A stretch of 64,000 nt of DNA, taken from Ramazzottius varieornatus (Eukaryota; Animalia; Tardigrada). Below the pieces are notes generated by a model. The model was not told where the DNA came from and searched no databases. It was given only the letters and a program-made list of their open reading frames with translations. Below, piece after piece: positions 1 to 12,257 of the stretch. How positions within the stretch are numbered: position 1 is the stretch's first letter; each line of letters begins with the position of its first letter. Location of the stretch: the NCBI GenBank assembly GCA_001949185.1, contig BDGG01000007.1, forward strand, positions 631,401 through 695,400. The letters are read 5' to 3'. A program made the translations under genes and the position numbers.

Positions 1-464
1 GATTAGTTTTCGCCCTAACGCCAACAGCAAAACCTTCAAACTTAAAATCGGCGGCACGTCGTATCGCCGGTATCGACCTCACCTGGTACTGTCGGGAAAT
101 TCCAACTCCAGAAAGTATATAGTAATTAGAGACAGGAGACGGGATGTTTACTTTGATTTGCTCAGTTGTTCATCTGCCAATTTGCTTGCTTGAATTGCGC
201 CAACTCCATTGCCCTAGACATGCACATTCCGAAGAGAGTCTGCAACTACCTTTACAGCCCGAAGTCTGCTGAATAGATAATGAGAAATCCTTGCCGTGTA
301 AACAGTCAGTCTTGATATGAGGGAATAACCCGTAGTGAAAATTAAACTAAGCTAACAAGGAGGTCCTCGCGGAGAAACGATCAAGTCTTTTCGCCTTACC
401 GTCGCATTGACTATTTGAGCCTGGCCCCGTTCCGAATATCTTTTCCACACGAGATTTCTTTGTC

Positions 465-902
465 ATGTCGTGGTTTACTTTTTGTTTCCTGTTGGTTGCA
501 GCTGCATTCGCTATGAACTCTCTAGCCTTGCCGGATGAAACTCCATGGCATTCCATTTTAGTTAAGAATTTTACATCCGAAAACAAGGAGTTCAGGGAAC
601 CCATAAGCAGCGAGGAGGACCCTTCGCCCATTGCGGTCAGTGCTATCTCGTCCGATCATGAGGTACAAGGGGTAAGTGTACAAGAATCACCAAGTACAGC
701 TGTTGGAAGTCGAAAGTTCATGATAGATTGGCCACTATGTTTCTCGTAGACAGCTACTTCAACAACGCTGACTAGCTCTAAAGTTCCAGAAGATGCAGTA
801 TCAACCGCTGAACCGAATCACCCGTCGTCGAAAGCGCTAAGGAATAACGGAGGAATTTTGTTCGTAATCGTCTTTAAATTGTTCATACACGCACTGTGGT
901 GA
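465..902 (+). CDS. Small secreted, probably GPI-anchored Ser/Thr-rich protein (exons 465-671, 750-902)
   Basis: Signal peptide MSWFTFCFLLVAAAFA; GTAAGT donor at 672 and TAG acceptor at 749 join in phase 0; exon 2 reads TATSTTLTSSK...GILFVIVFKLFIHALW* with a hydrophobic C-terminus. Confidence 0.65.
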
Positions 903-1175
903 GCATTCCCTAATCGGGAACTGTAGATCTCGCTATCCAGACCAAAACCTGCGTGAAATGCACGCTGATTCTTGAATCATTTTTTGATTTGTTTCAGGTG
1001 GCCATGTCATGTTACCGGTGTGCGATGATAAGAAAGCCAGACCAGAAAGTTTGTACGTCAAACTAACTTTGTTTCAAAGGGCACAGCAGACTTCTGCACC
1101 TGTAAAATTACCCATAAGGGTCTATGAGAATATTTGTTCCAAGTGATGAGAGCTGAAAATGTGGGTCAAAATGCA

Positions 1176-1900
1176 TCAGAACTGAGCGTTTGCAGGCATA
1201 GGAGTTTCGTAAGACTGACCGAAGGGTGGGTAGCCAGTCGGTACTGCAGAGCCATGGGGGGATCCATAGGGTGGTGGTGCGCCAGGTACTGCAGGATACC
1301 CTTGCAATTGCTGAGGGCCGCTGAGCATTCCGCTTGCCTGAAGCGTTGTGGTTGTTGTGTAGCCTTGGTTGATCTGCGGATCGCAGTATGGAGCAGTAGG
1401 TGGGTAAGTACGAACTACTGTTACCGTTCGGCGGCGGCGACAGATCAGGGTCATTACGGTAATGCAGGCTATGAAGATGATAAGGCCGAGGACAATGCTG
1501 ACAATTGCCCCTATGTCAATGATGGCTGGGTATGAGTCCGTGGTCGACGTGTATGAGGGATATCGGCGTGTGGTGCGCGTTGGTTGAGGGCATTCGCTGT
1601 AGTAGTCAGAGCCCTGGTACTTGTCAGTAGCTCCACCTGACGTAAGGCTCGAAGATGGGGCTTCTGATGGGCATACCACGCGGTCATCCCAGCCGTTGCA
1701 CATTTCGCTCTTGGGTACGTATCCGGCAGTCGAGTAGCAGTAAATGTTTGTCCCGTTCGCCGTGCCTAAATTTATAAAAATGGATGTAGGACGTCAAATA
1801 TAACACTGTAGTATGAGTTAACGCAAACGAATGCACCGCTCACCAGTGACCACAGTATAGTCCAAAGTAACTTCCAACTTATTGGTTTCCGCTTGTCCTC
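1176..1900 (-). CDS. Single-pass membrane protein with degenerate LDLa-like Cys motif and PY motifs; 5' end uncertain
   Basis: CYSTAGYVPKSEMCNGWDD motif, TM helix IGAIVSIVLGLIIFIACITVMTLI followed by CRRRR, Pro/Tyr-rich tail with PPPY; signal-like stretch WKLLWTILWSLVSGAFVC near 1810-1880 has no obvious ATG. Confidence 0.65.
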
Positions 1901-2939
1901 CCCTTGTGTATATTAAACTAATGCCAGTGATGTAATCTAAGTTCGTAGTTTGGTCATCTGGGTGTATTCTTCTGGTCAACAGATGGGTACACGAGGTGGG
2001 TGAATCGTAGTAAAAGGTGGATCTTGAAACGGAACGTATGAGCCTTGTACCGTCGGAGTTCGGCGAGGAAATGGTGGGGGTGAAGTTCTCGTAGACCTTC
2101 AAGGCATCGTCGAACGGCATGGTCCAAGTACTCCTATGAAATAAGTTGACGGTATCTTTATCGCTGGCACGTCATAGTTCTTTGCGCTCTTGTCACTACG
2201 AACCGAAGTCACTAGATCAGGTAATGCTTACTTGAAATTAATGTATAGTTTGAAAGTTTGCTGGCCAGATCCAGAAGCGCAGGTGGACGTGTCAATCGTG
2301 ACAGGAATGGAACAGTTCAGTAGCGGTCGAGTCTGAAACTTTAATGTACCCACCCGACCGAGGTAATCTGCACCGCAGGGTAGCACGATTGTGCGATTGT
2401 TCATGCAATAGTTGCTCAGATTGTCTATGGAATTGAGAACGCGTAAGAGAAATGGATGTTAGTGACCAGCTCCTCGATCATCAGAATCCATAACTCACAG
2501 TAATCGGCCTCCGCGGTGATCCATTTCAGCAATGCCAGCGTCAAAACTAGCAGACGAACCATCTTTATGCGTGGCGGACAGTACCCTTTGTTAAACTGAG
2601 AAATTGGTGTTCTGTTTGCAGTTGGATCGGATCAGATGGGTCCTTAACTGTAAACCTTGAAAGGAAAAGTTACTTAGGCGAAAGCTATCCAGCGTGATTA
2701 GATATGTTTATGTTCGCTGATGTCATTCCTACTTCATCCTTCCATTTTTATCGTTTAATTTGGAGGCAGACGCCATACCTCAATCTGCAGTTGCGGAAAC
2801 ATATTTGTTCGTCTTTGTACTCGAGCCACTTGACGGGTCCTTTTAAACGTAAAAACGTAACACCTCTGGCTTTTAAGCAGAAAACAGGCCGAGTTAATCG
2901 GACGTCCCGTCGAGGAGTTATTTGGGGCGATCTGACAGG

Positions 2940-3504
2940 TAGAGATGGGATAAGTGTGGTTTACCGGAATTTATCGAAACTAAATCGAACTTTTCGATTT
3001 GGCGTAAGAAGATACCGAAACTGAAAACATCGGTGTGAGCCCCACACCGAAAAATCGATTTCGGTGTGCGTTCGCACCAAATTGATACCAAATCGAAATC
3101 TTTAGGTAAATCAAAAACCTACAGAAAGACCCGGAAAGATAAAAATTTGACCGATTTTTTAACAATATCGGGAAAATTTCCGGCTTTCTCACGGTGTTTT
3201 GTGCCAGTTAGCCAAACCACGCGGTGTTGGAAAACGCTTCTACCATCTGAAGACACACCAAATAGCCTGCAAACTCCCCGTTTTGGGCTAGCTTCGTCTG
3301 GTGTTTTCGTTGACAAGAGATTTTTTTATGTTTTGGTTTAACGATTTTTCGGTGTGATTCGGTTTGGTATCAAAATTTCGGTGTGACGACTTACCAAACC
3401 GAGAATATCGGTGTGGACTTCATACCGAGATTTTCGATTCGGTGTGAGGATTTTCCATATCGAAATATACCAAACCGAACTTAATCACACGTATCCCGTC
3501 TCTA
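2940..3504. mobile_element. hAT-type MITE (565 bp)
   Basis: TIRs TAGAGATGGGATAAGTGTG / CACACGTATCCCGTCTCTA; perfect 8-bp TSD CTGACAGG at 2932-2939 and 3505-3512; TCGGTGTG/ACCGA subterminal repeats. Confidence 0.9.
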
Positions 3505-3659
3505 CTGACAGGGGGATGATGCCTGCCCCCACCTCAAGCCGGTCAAACTATCTCGGCAAAACGATAGAACTGAGTCTCTTCTTGGATCTGAGCCAGGAAG
3601 CTAAATCCCGCGACGACCTAGGATCAAACCACAGGACTTGAAGATAACGGACGAGAATT

Positions 3660-6059
3660 AAAAAAGCCAGAGACTAAAATGCGAGACTAAGGAATAAAAT
3701 CAGAGCGTCAAGACTAGAACGAAGAATCAACAATGAAAGCACCAGACGATAGTGAACCTAAAACTAGCGGCGAACATACTGTAAATCGGTTACTGCAGGA
3801 CAAAAATACTTTCGAAATGTTTTTGACATTTTGAGAACGAGCTACGGTTTTGTTTGCGCAGTCACGTGCCAGACGCTTTGACTATCGCGCGGACTTGCTA
3901 ACTGAACCACGATTGCCCGGGGCCTAAGTTACGGGCCCAATTTACGGGCCTGTCATATGACTGTACAGAACTTTCGAGGGGATACAGTACACGCGCCTGG
4001 CCTAATGACGTAGTTGTGTGGGTGACTGAATGCTCTATGTGCTATCTACAGGCTGTTCCCAAGAAGAACAAATCATAGATTCGAAGTAAACCGCACTGGG
4101 GGATTATGGGTGTTAGTACCAATATGTACTATGAGTCTACTAAATTGCATATGGGTGCGCATCACCTGTGCATTTCGATTTAGCCAATCAATCAATCAAT
4201 CAATCGATCAGAAAACGCATTTGACTGCTTGGTTCATGAACTCGGCGCTAAATTTTCTCTTTCATTGATTGCATGAATTTCTTGATTGTCACAGGTGAAT
4301 TTCATCCTGTTGATTGTTTGGTTGCCTTTCATTGATTTTTGATGATCCGGTCCACCCGGATTGATGATTGATGATTGAATATTTTGGTTTTGTGTCGGTA
4401 GTGTGCTGAGAGTTTACCAAGTAGCATAGTCGCAGTCGCTAGCGGACATTTTTGTCTGGATACATTTAGACTCAAAACCAATAAACAACAACAAACTCCG
4501 GTTGATGATCCGGTCTACCCGGATTGATGATTAATACGACCGACTTGGCTCGGTCTTTCGCCGAGAGGTCGGGCCAAGCTGGAGGCCGGCTGACAGGCTG
4601 TCATGTCAGGTAGTGACATGACAGTCTGGCAGTCAACCGCGCGATGTTAGGATATTTCCTAACAGGTCTTATGTTTTTGTTCAACGCTGTCCAATCCTCC
4701 CGTTTAGCGGTGACTTTCGACCACCTTCCCCAAAATCACAACTTCTTTCGCTGCCTTCTCTCCATCTGATTCCGCTTAGCTGGTTGCTGTCGTGAAATGT
4801 CGTAAAACAGATTGTCCCAGTCCAGAAGGATGACTCTACTATTTCTCGCCATCCTAAGGAAATGCATGTTTTTATTAACAGAAATGAAAGATGCCCTTGA
4901 GATATATGCGACTAAGGTGGGAAGTTGATAGCTTTCAACAGAGCATGTTTCACAAAGAGCGAAACCAAGTGCAACAGCACACTCATGCAGCATCTTTGAT
5001 AACAGAACCGTGCAATTGATTCCAGCCCAGCGTTTTCCACAGAACGATAAGCTATGAGAACTCTCTTACCACTATCAGAAGATTTCAAGCATCCAGAAAT
5101 ATGACAGCCGCTCGCCAACGGTAGACATCAGCTCAGCTGAGTTTGCTTGGTAACGGGAATCAGCTGTTCCCAGAATGTCGCGGCGACTTCTGCTGATGTC
5201 TGGAAGATATCAGCTAAGAGCAGGGCAGCGGATAGGATGGAGAGGAATGGAGAAAGATGATGACAATTCCGGCAGGAGCAGATGTGACCGAAATGAAATT
5301 TCATCGTCCAAAATTCGAAAGTCAAAACTGCTTGGGCGTGCATCAGCAACCTAGGTACCTGTGTACAGCCTGCGCTCGGTCACGTATGCGCCGGTTGGGA
5401 TAAGTGTACTCTGGGAACCTGTCCGGAGCTAGCTGAAGTACGAAATACACTTCGCTCGCTACTTTGCTAGGTACTCTTTTTTTCTTGGGTTTGAGTTTCG
5501 AATGCGTAGGAAGATTTAAACGGGGCTTGAAAGTCAAAATCGAGCACACTTTCTGTTTCAAGTTTTACTGACCGATGTTGCTCGTTGCAAAAATGTCCGA
5601 GATTTTAGGGATTGTTAGAACCAGATTCAACAAACGAATCCTCGTCGTCCCAAGATTAGCCTAGCTAATGGACTTTGGTTGGGTATCGGTGAGACACATG
5701 GCCTGTTAAGATGAAGGTCGGTCCATATTTCCCGACATCCAGCAGTCATGGTCTACATTGTGATCTTCTGGGATTTAGTGGGTGACACTCGTGGCCGAGC
5801 ACATATTCACACGACTGGAAAAAAATTGATCCCAGCTGAAATCTTCATGTCAAGACTAGAATCGAAACTTGAAAAACTAAAACGATATCAAAAAGACTCA
5901 AGTTAAGTTGGTCGGGACTAGAACTACATCTGGGGACCAAAACTGAATTGCGCCTAATGAAACTGCGCATTTCGAGACTGAATTGTTTTCTTCAGGACTA
6001 AAACTGTAGCTAGAGTCGAGACAAACTAAACACGACTCTGAAGCCTGGTCAGGTCTCTA
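3660..6059. repeat. Degenerate repeat region bounded by GACTAAAA/GACTAGAA clusters, possible old DNA transposon
   Basis: Clusters of (A/G)GACTA(A/G)AA at ~3670-3770 and ~5850-6040; TCAA microsatellite ~4186-4205; duplicated TTGATGATCCGGTC.ACCCGGATTGATGATT; no matching TIR/TSD pair found. Confidence 0.35.
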
Positions 6060-6136
6060 ATTGGTACTTGCCATTCGGCGAGACATCTAGAGGACATCGA
6101 CTGCGATTGAAAGCAACAATCGTTATTGTCTTCGCT

Positions 6137-6209
6137 AGCAGATTGGCGCAGAGGTTAGCGCGCTGGGCTCATAACTCAGAGGTCCGTGGATCGAAACCAC
6201 GATCTGCTA
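6137..6209 (+). tRNA. tRNA-iMet: Initiator tRNA-Met (CAT)
   Basis: AGCAGAT...ATCTGCT acceptor stem with A1:U72, CAT anticodon, GATCGAAAC T-loop (A54/A60, diagnostic of eukaryotic initiators), TTTT Pol III terminator just downstream. Confidence 0.95.
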
Positions 6210-6224
6210 CTTTTGAATTTTTGC

Positions 6225-6274
6225 NNNNNNNNNNNNNNNNNNNNNNNNNNNNNNNNNNNNNNNNNNNNNNNNNN
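6225..6274. other. Assembly gap (50 N)
   Basis: Run of n. Confidence 1.
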
Positions 6275-6514
6275 AATCTGCTCACTGTCGCATGTGCACG
6301 AAATGTAAAAGCTCCGATTTTAATACAAATCGTGGATCATAGCGTGTAAAAATCATGAATCCTGTTCCCCGGCTACCAGCTCGATGGCCTCAACGCACAG
6401 AAGTGATCATGCTCCATTTTCGCCCATTCAAACGTGTTTTTCAAGAATCATCGTCTTCTTCAAGATAACTTTGCTCTTTCGTTTTTAGCACTGACGTCCC
6501 TTCTCACCTTCACA

Positions 6515-7552
6515 ATGCCACTCCACCACGACACAACTCTCAGCCATATGGAACAGGACCGATCCAAGACGTCGTCCTATACTCACAGCGAGGTATGGTA
6601 TCCAACGGAGACTCTTCCTCATCCTCCCAACGGAGACACACTGACAGTTTGCGGGCTTCCTTGTCCCCTGACCCATTCTCGAACATACGCAGCGTTTGCT
6701 GAGATGTTCCATGTTTTTCAGGCAACGGCCCCTCTGATCCACCCGACCCCACCCATCATCGCCACCGGAACCGAAGGCATGGCCCAGGACATCGTTGGCC
6801 ACGTACGTGATAAAGCTCCTTCTCTGAAAATAAACATATTTATATGAGAAAAAGGTCTGCTGACTTTCACTATATTTGTTCTTGTTCAGGGTTTCGCCGC
6901 ATCGGCCACTCGCGTGACCAGTCAAACAGCCACCGGTATTGTCCACGAGACGCCCCAGACCCTCGAACAAGCCCATGCCTACCAGCAGAAGCACGACAAG
7001 GAACAAGAGGACATCCGTGGTCAGGCTGAGAAGGAGCTGGAGAAGAAGACGGAGAAGTACCGAAAGGAAGCTGAGGAACAAGCTGAGAAGATTCGCAAGG
7101 AGCTGGAAAAGCAGCACCATCGCGACATCGAGTAGAAAAATTCCCAAATACTTCCTTTTGTTCTATAACGCTCGCAAAAATCCGAACGATATACACGGTA
7201 CGTCTTCCCTTAGGTTCCGCAAGGAAGTTGTGGAGAGCGCCATCGACCGTCAGAAGCGCGAGGTCGAGCTGGCAGCCGACTATGCCAAGAAGCGACTGGA
7301 ACACGAGAAGGCTTTGGCCATGGACGCTCTCGAACAGAGCAAGTTGCGCACTGACATTCAGGTACTGTAAGATCCTGTCTACTTAACAGTTCTCCATGAG
7401 GATTTTGAACAAGAAATCACCCTCTTTGTGTGTAGGTGAACATGAACACCGCCACCGGTAGTACCAGCACTGGCGCCACTGTCCGATCGGAGCACACCGA
7501 ATTCCACACTACGCCCGGTGACACCGTCGGATCTCTGATGCGCCAGTACTAA
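6515..7552 (+). CDS. CAHS: Cytoplasmic abundant heat-soluble (CAHS) protein, ~221 aa; exons 6515-6592, 6722-6802, 6890-7131, 7214-7361, 7436-7552
   Basis: Spliced product has the CAHS motifs [83 protein letters not shown] and [22 protein letters not shown]; all introns GT-AG and frame-preserving. Confidence 0.96.
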
Positions 7553-7975
7553 TCTGACAGAATAAGCTTCTTCGTGAATTTCTTTGTAAACTTGCCCTTC
7601 ATGTTTGTGCAAGTTGATGAATTTCTGTTTTCCACTCTTGAGCTGAAAGAGCAAGAATCTCAAACTGTAGTTTTAGTAGAATTACATTATTCCATTTGCA
7701 GAGAATCTATGGTAAAGAGTACCGTCGAAATCAATCCGGGTATATTCGAATAACGTAGTTCAAGCAAAAATAAAACAATATCGAAGGAGGATACTTTACG
7801 GCGAGAGATGCTAAAATTTACAAAGCGGAAAGGCTGATGAAGAAACCGTACAAAAGTCAACCGCAATTCCGATAAAATTCATAGGAAGCAGGTAGGTTTC
7901 CATCAGCTACGGGAAGGAAAAGGTAGGTGCAAAAGGGAAACAACACTACAGAGAGAAGCTGAAAGAGCCACATAC

Positions 7976-9681
7976 TCAGACGCAAGCAACAGCCAGTGGC
8001 AAGTTAGGGAAGGAGCTCGAACGAGACAGCGTGCTCGAAGAGGAAGTCGACTCACCGCTCTCTTCTTCCGACACCCAAAACTTCCTTTGCTTTCTCTCGA
8101 GAGTACTCGACAGACCTTCTGACGTTAAACGCTCGTTCGACGAGCCATAATGGGAGGGAGCAGCTGAAAGAACGGGCGACGAAGCCGAACGATGTACCGA
8201 CGAGGAAACATCATCGACACCAAAACCTAAACAATTTCAATTGAGTCTTCCATAACTGAAATTTTTTTTAAAAAGTGTTCTTCTTACTTGAAGAGTGTTG
8301 GTGAAGTGACACCAGGTTTTGTATGGCACCAGGATGATGAAGGAAGGCAGCTTCGACGTAGTGCTTGAAGGCCTCATCGGAGTCTCTCTTGACGCCGATA
8401 CCCAGCTCGTGGAACAGGCCGAGTGTGAACTCCTCTTGTGCAGTCTGCTCTTCAGAAACAGCCGACGAAGGAGGAGAAAGGAGACCTTGAAGCTCTGCTA
8501 TGTAGTCGCGAGCTGTGGTGGTGAGCTGTTGTCGCATGATGGACAACAAGGCGGCAGTTTCGGAAGTGTAAGCTGGCTTCGGATGCGCCTGAAAATGATT
8601 AAGTAAGTTCGTACATGATTTTTAAAGCGGCTTTCGGAACTGACTTTCAGCAGAATTTCTCAGGTACTCATCTTCGTTTTTTTGTGAATTACTTTAATAC
8701 TTTTTTTAAATCCAACTTTGTATTTTATAGAGAATTACGCTGTGTTCGGCGGAAGCTTCGCTGTCCGTCTCGCTCTCGTAAGACGTGTTACTGGATGACG
8801 TGAGGTCCCACGTCACCGAATCCCTCCTCTGAATTTTGGGAAAGCTAGAGGAGCCAGTAGTTGGTAGCACTGAGTTTATGACGGACGGCTGGGTGCCGTT
8901 TGGCATCAAGAGCGCCACGTTGGTGAACCAGCGTGGGCTGTAGCGACAAGGAACGCCATCTTCTGCGATGGTTCTTCTCCTCAGAAGCTCTTCTTGCTTT
9001 GGTAGAAGAACGTTCAGTCCCAAGCCGAGAACAGCGCCCTGCAATCCCCAAAGAAAAGATCAGACGAATTAACTTCTAACGGCTGACGCATGACATCATC
9101 GCAAAAGGAAGTGACCTATGACGCCGTACGCGACCATGACGGGAAATGAGCGTTCAGGGCACAAACCTTACAGCTAGCACGGCCTTGACTTACCCATCCC
9201 AAGGCTTCCAACCAAGTTGTCCATCCAGACTGTACGTCCGAAGCATTCCAGTCATTCCGAGGATCTCGCTTCGAATCCTTTCCGTCGGCCCTCCCACGAC
9301 GGTACGAAGTAAAGATGAGCTTGTTGTCTCGCCCAAAGTGATCGGAACCACTAAGGAAGATCCTACACAGAGAACAGAATAACGAGACCGCCATTCACCA
9401 GCAGAAAATTTCCCGATGCAAACCTGGGCAACTTCGAGCACTCATTACTCCAGATAGTGCTGGTCCAGTGCTTGTAATCATCCTCGAACTCTGGCCGACC
9501 TTCCCTGCTTGTACTGGGGACACAATTGCCTGTCTTTAAACGTCCACTGAAGGATCGGATAGCATCTGCAGAGAAACTCGTCAATCAAGCAATTTCAATC
9601 AACCAGTCCAACCCATTCCAATCAGACAATGCGAGTGCGACCAAAACTAAGTCAAGTTAATTTACTTCGAAGATTCCACAT
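7976..9681 (-). CDS. DELE1: DELE1-like mitochondrial SEL1/TPR-repeat protein (multi-exon)
   Basis: Spliced N-terminus MWNLR/NAIRSFSGRLK resembles a presequence; WLEALGW/GAVLGLGL motif; SEL1 repeat FTLGLFHELGIGVKRDSDEAFKHYVEAAFLHHPGA; last exon with HRSASSP and SRSSSFPNL ends at 7976; one internal junction unresolved. Confidence 0.55.
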
Positions 9682-11022
9682 TGTGAATCCTCCCACCCTG
9701 CTTCAGCGGAACAAGATGCGCTCCGGAAACTAGTTCTACTGATAAAATTCCGGAAGGCGAGTTAGATGAACAGCGACATGTTGAGCATCTTGCAGCTTGG
9801 TTGTCTTCATAACCTCCGTCGAAGATCCCGCACCAGTGCTGATCTGCAGAAGGTCTCCTGACCTGAAATGGACAGATAACAGATCGCTGTGGACGGATAA
9901 AGCACTTGTCCTTCGAACGAACCGTCACGTTTTCAAGGAGCCGATAAAATCAGCCTTCCACTTTTTGCGAAAGAGGGCTCGCCTCAACATTTTTGCCTGC
10001 ACGCAGAAGCAAGGTCTGTGCCGGAAGCACCTGGGCGAACAAACTATGCTCAGGGACAGTCAGGGTATTCAGGCGGGCTGATACTTGACAGACCAGCGGC
10101 CGCCGGCCGGCCGTGACCATCGACCCCACCAAGGAGCTCACCGTGGAATGGCTGAATCCTTACTTCCTCTGTCATACGTCAAAACATTTCCTTTTCTTCA
10201 TGGAACTCAACACCGAATCTAATGAATGAGTACAAAGTTTATCTGTCCTACTCTACTGTCCAGAGCAGGACGAGAAGAAAGTAGTTTGTACAATAGCCGA
10301 GGAATAACAAAAGGGCAAGCCGTAAACAAGGGTATACAGTGAACGTTGTGCCCGTAAACAACGTCAATTGGATAAAGTTCTGCTAGAACTATAAATGATA
10401 ACGATAAAAAGTTGGAAAACCTTCTTTACAGTTGGCACATGGGCAAATGGTCCCCAGCCAGTTTTAAAAACACAAAAATTTCAGAGGACAAAAGCTGTTG
10501 AGCATCAAAGAGCGGAGTATGTTGAGCACTAAAGTTTAGTGGTTGAAGGAAGGTAATCTTACAAAGGTGAACCAAGAGGAAGAACTAACTGAGAACACAA
10601 TTCGAGACAAGATTCTTAAGGAGGCCGAAGCCACGAGGAGAATCTCGAACTTGAAGGTCGCCGTTGGATTCGACCGGTTTGATTACTCCACGACATGACT
10701 GACGAACTCGTCCCACGAACACAAAGCATCTAGTCCTTGAGCCTTCTGCATCTTCACTTTTTCCTCGGTTTCCGCCCAGCAAGAGTCAAACCAGCCTGCA
10801 AACAGAGATTGGGGTTAGAACGGAAACCGCAGGCGGTAGTCAAGCCTTACGTTGTCAAAGTCCAAGTCATCAATCAAAACAATCAGCCTGTGCCGTATGT
10901 CCTAGTCCTATGCATTACGTAGAAATCTGACATGACATGACGTATGATAATGTGACATGACGTGGTTGTCGACTTCAAGGATTGATTGGCTTGGCTTGAC
11001 TGATCAACAACATTGCACCGTT

Positions 11023-12257
11023 TTAGTACTCGTACCGGTACCTACCGTGATCTTTCGTCAAGGATGAGAAGCTGCTCGAGATTCCTGGGCTGGTTGCTCG
11101 GGAAGAATGAACGGAAGAGAAGGGACTATCTCCGAGAGATCCTTCGGTGGTCCATTTAGAATGGAAGCCAGTAGTCACAGTAGCGCTGGAGGGCTCGTCA
11201 TCGTCATTGGCGAAGAAGTCATAGCGTCCACCAGCTCGGAAGTTCAGACGAGGATCCGTTTCCTGCGGCGCATCCCCTTCGACGTGCAAGAAGTCACAGC
11301 GGTTTCCAAAGGAGCAAAAGCCGAAACGTTCGAAACTGCGGCATGGCTTGGTCCTGTAGAGATGGTGCATGATCGGCGGACGAAGTTCTTCGGGGCCATG
11401 AGCGAACTGGCAGCGCGTCTCGTATGGACAGCTTCCCATTACCGCCCACTTGTTGCAGGGTCGAGTCTTGTACATGGTGTTGACGGCCTTGATGGGGTGC
11501 TGGTGCTTCTGAAGAGGCTTCTGACGCGAATCACGGGAGTTGCGAGGAACGGTGGCTGGAACGTGACGGATGGACAGAGCAGGAACGGGACTGCTTCGAG
11601 CGGACTGCGAGGTGGAGATGCCGCTGTCCGAGGCGAACAGAGAGTGACTGAAAGACGCCATCGACCAGGGATCCGTACTCGGTGAGCCATACTGCTGTCC
11701 GTGACGAGAAACCTGCAGAGGAAGAAAGATCAGGAAATCAGTTCGAATCGCAACAGAAAGCCCGAAATGGAGTGTTTGATCATTCAAGTAAGCTCAATCA
11801 ATCCAACTTGAACGAGTTCGACAGGTTCATTCATGAACCAATGGAAAGTAACTGGCTTGTTGAACGCGGAAACAACATGGCGGAAAGACGTGTGTGAATC
11901 ATAGAAGACGACAGAACACGTGGCGTATCAGTGTACATGCCGCTAGATGAAGACACGTGGTCCAGCGAGATGTTGCGCATCGCCGAGGAAATCTCTTTTG
12001 CGTGGTTCAGTCAACATCGCACTTCCTTCAGCACTTCCTGCTTCCCTAACTTAGCTTCTTTTCTATTGCTACTAATATTTTTTTCGAGGGTAGGGATAAC
12101 TTACCTTCGCTCCACGGGAGTAGCCTGCGTCGAAGAAGTCGCCAAGATCTCCGCTAATGCCTCCATCCTGTCCCGAGTGTCTCCCCTCCGTCAAGCTGGG
12201 TCGTCGAAAGTGTCCCTGGAGGTAGGCATCGTAGGAGTCGCACTGGCTGGGATCCAT
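11023..12257 (-). CDS. Tandem CCCH zinc-finger RNA-binding protein (TIS11/ZFP36-like); exons 12105-12257 and 11023-11712
   Basis: Two CX8CX5CX3H fingers with 18-aa linker: [26 protein letters not shown]...[25 protein letters not shown]. Confidence 0.9.

Noticed and set aside
4736-5561. Short minus-strand ORFs as a transposase remnant
   Set aside because: No recognisable motif and no TIR/TSD pair
6436-6480. Heat-shock element upstream of CAHS
   Set aside because: Only two nGAAn units (TTCAAGAA); not sufficient
6485-7147. 220-aa Leu-rich ORF on the minus strand
   Set aside because: Antisense shadow of the Glu/Lys-rich CAHS helix
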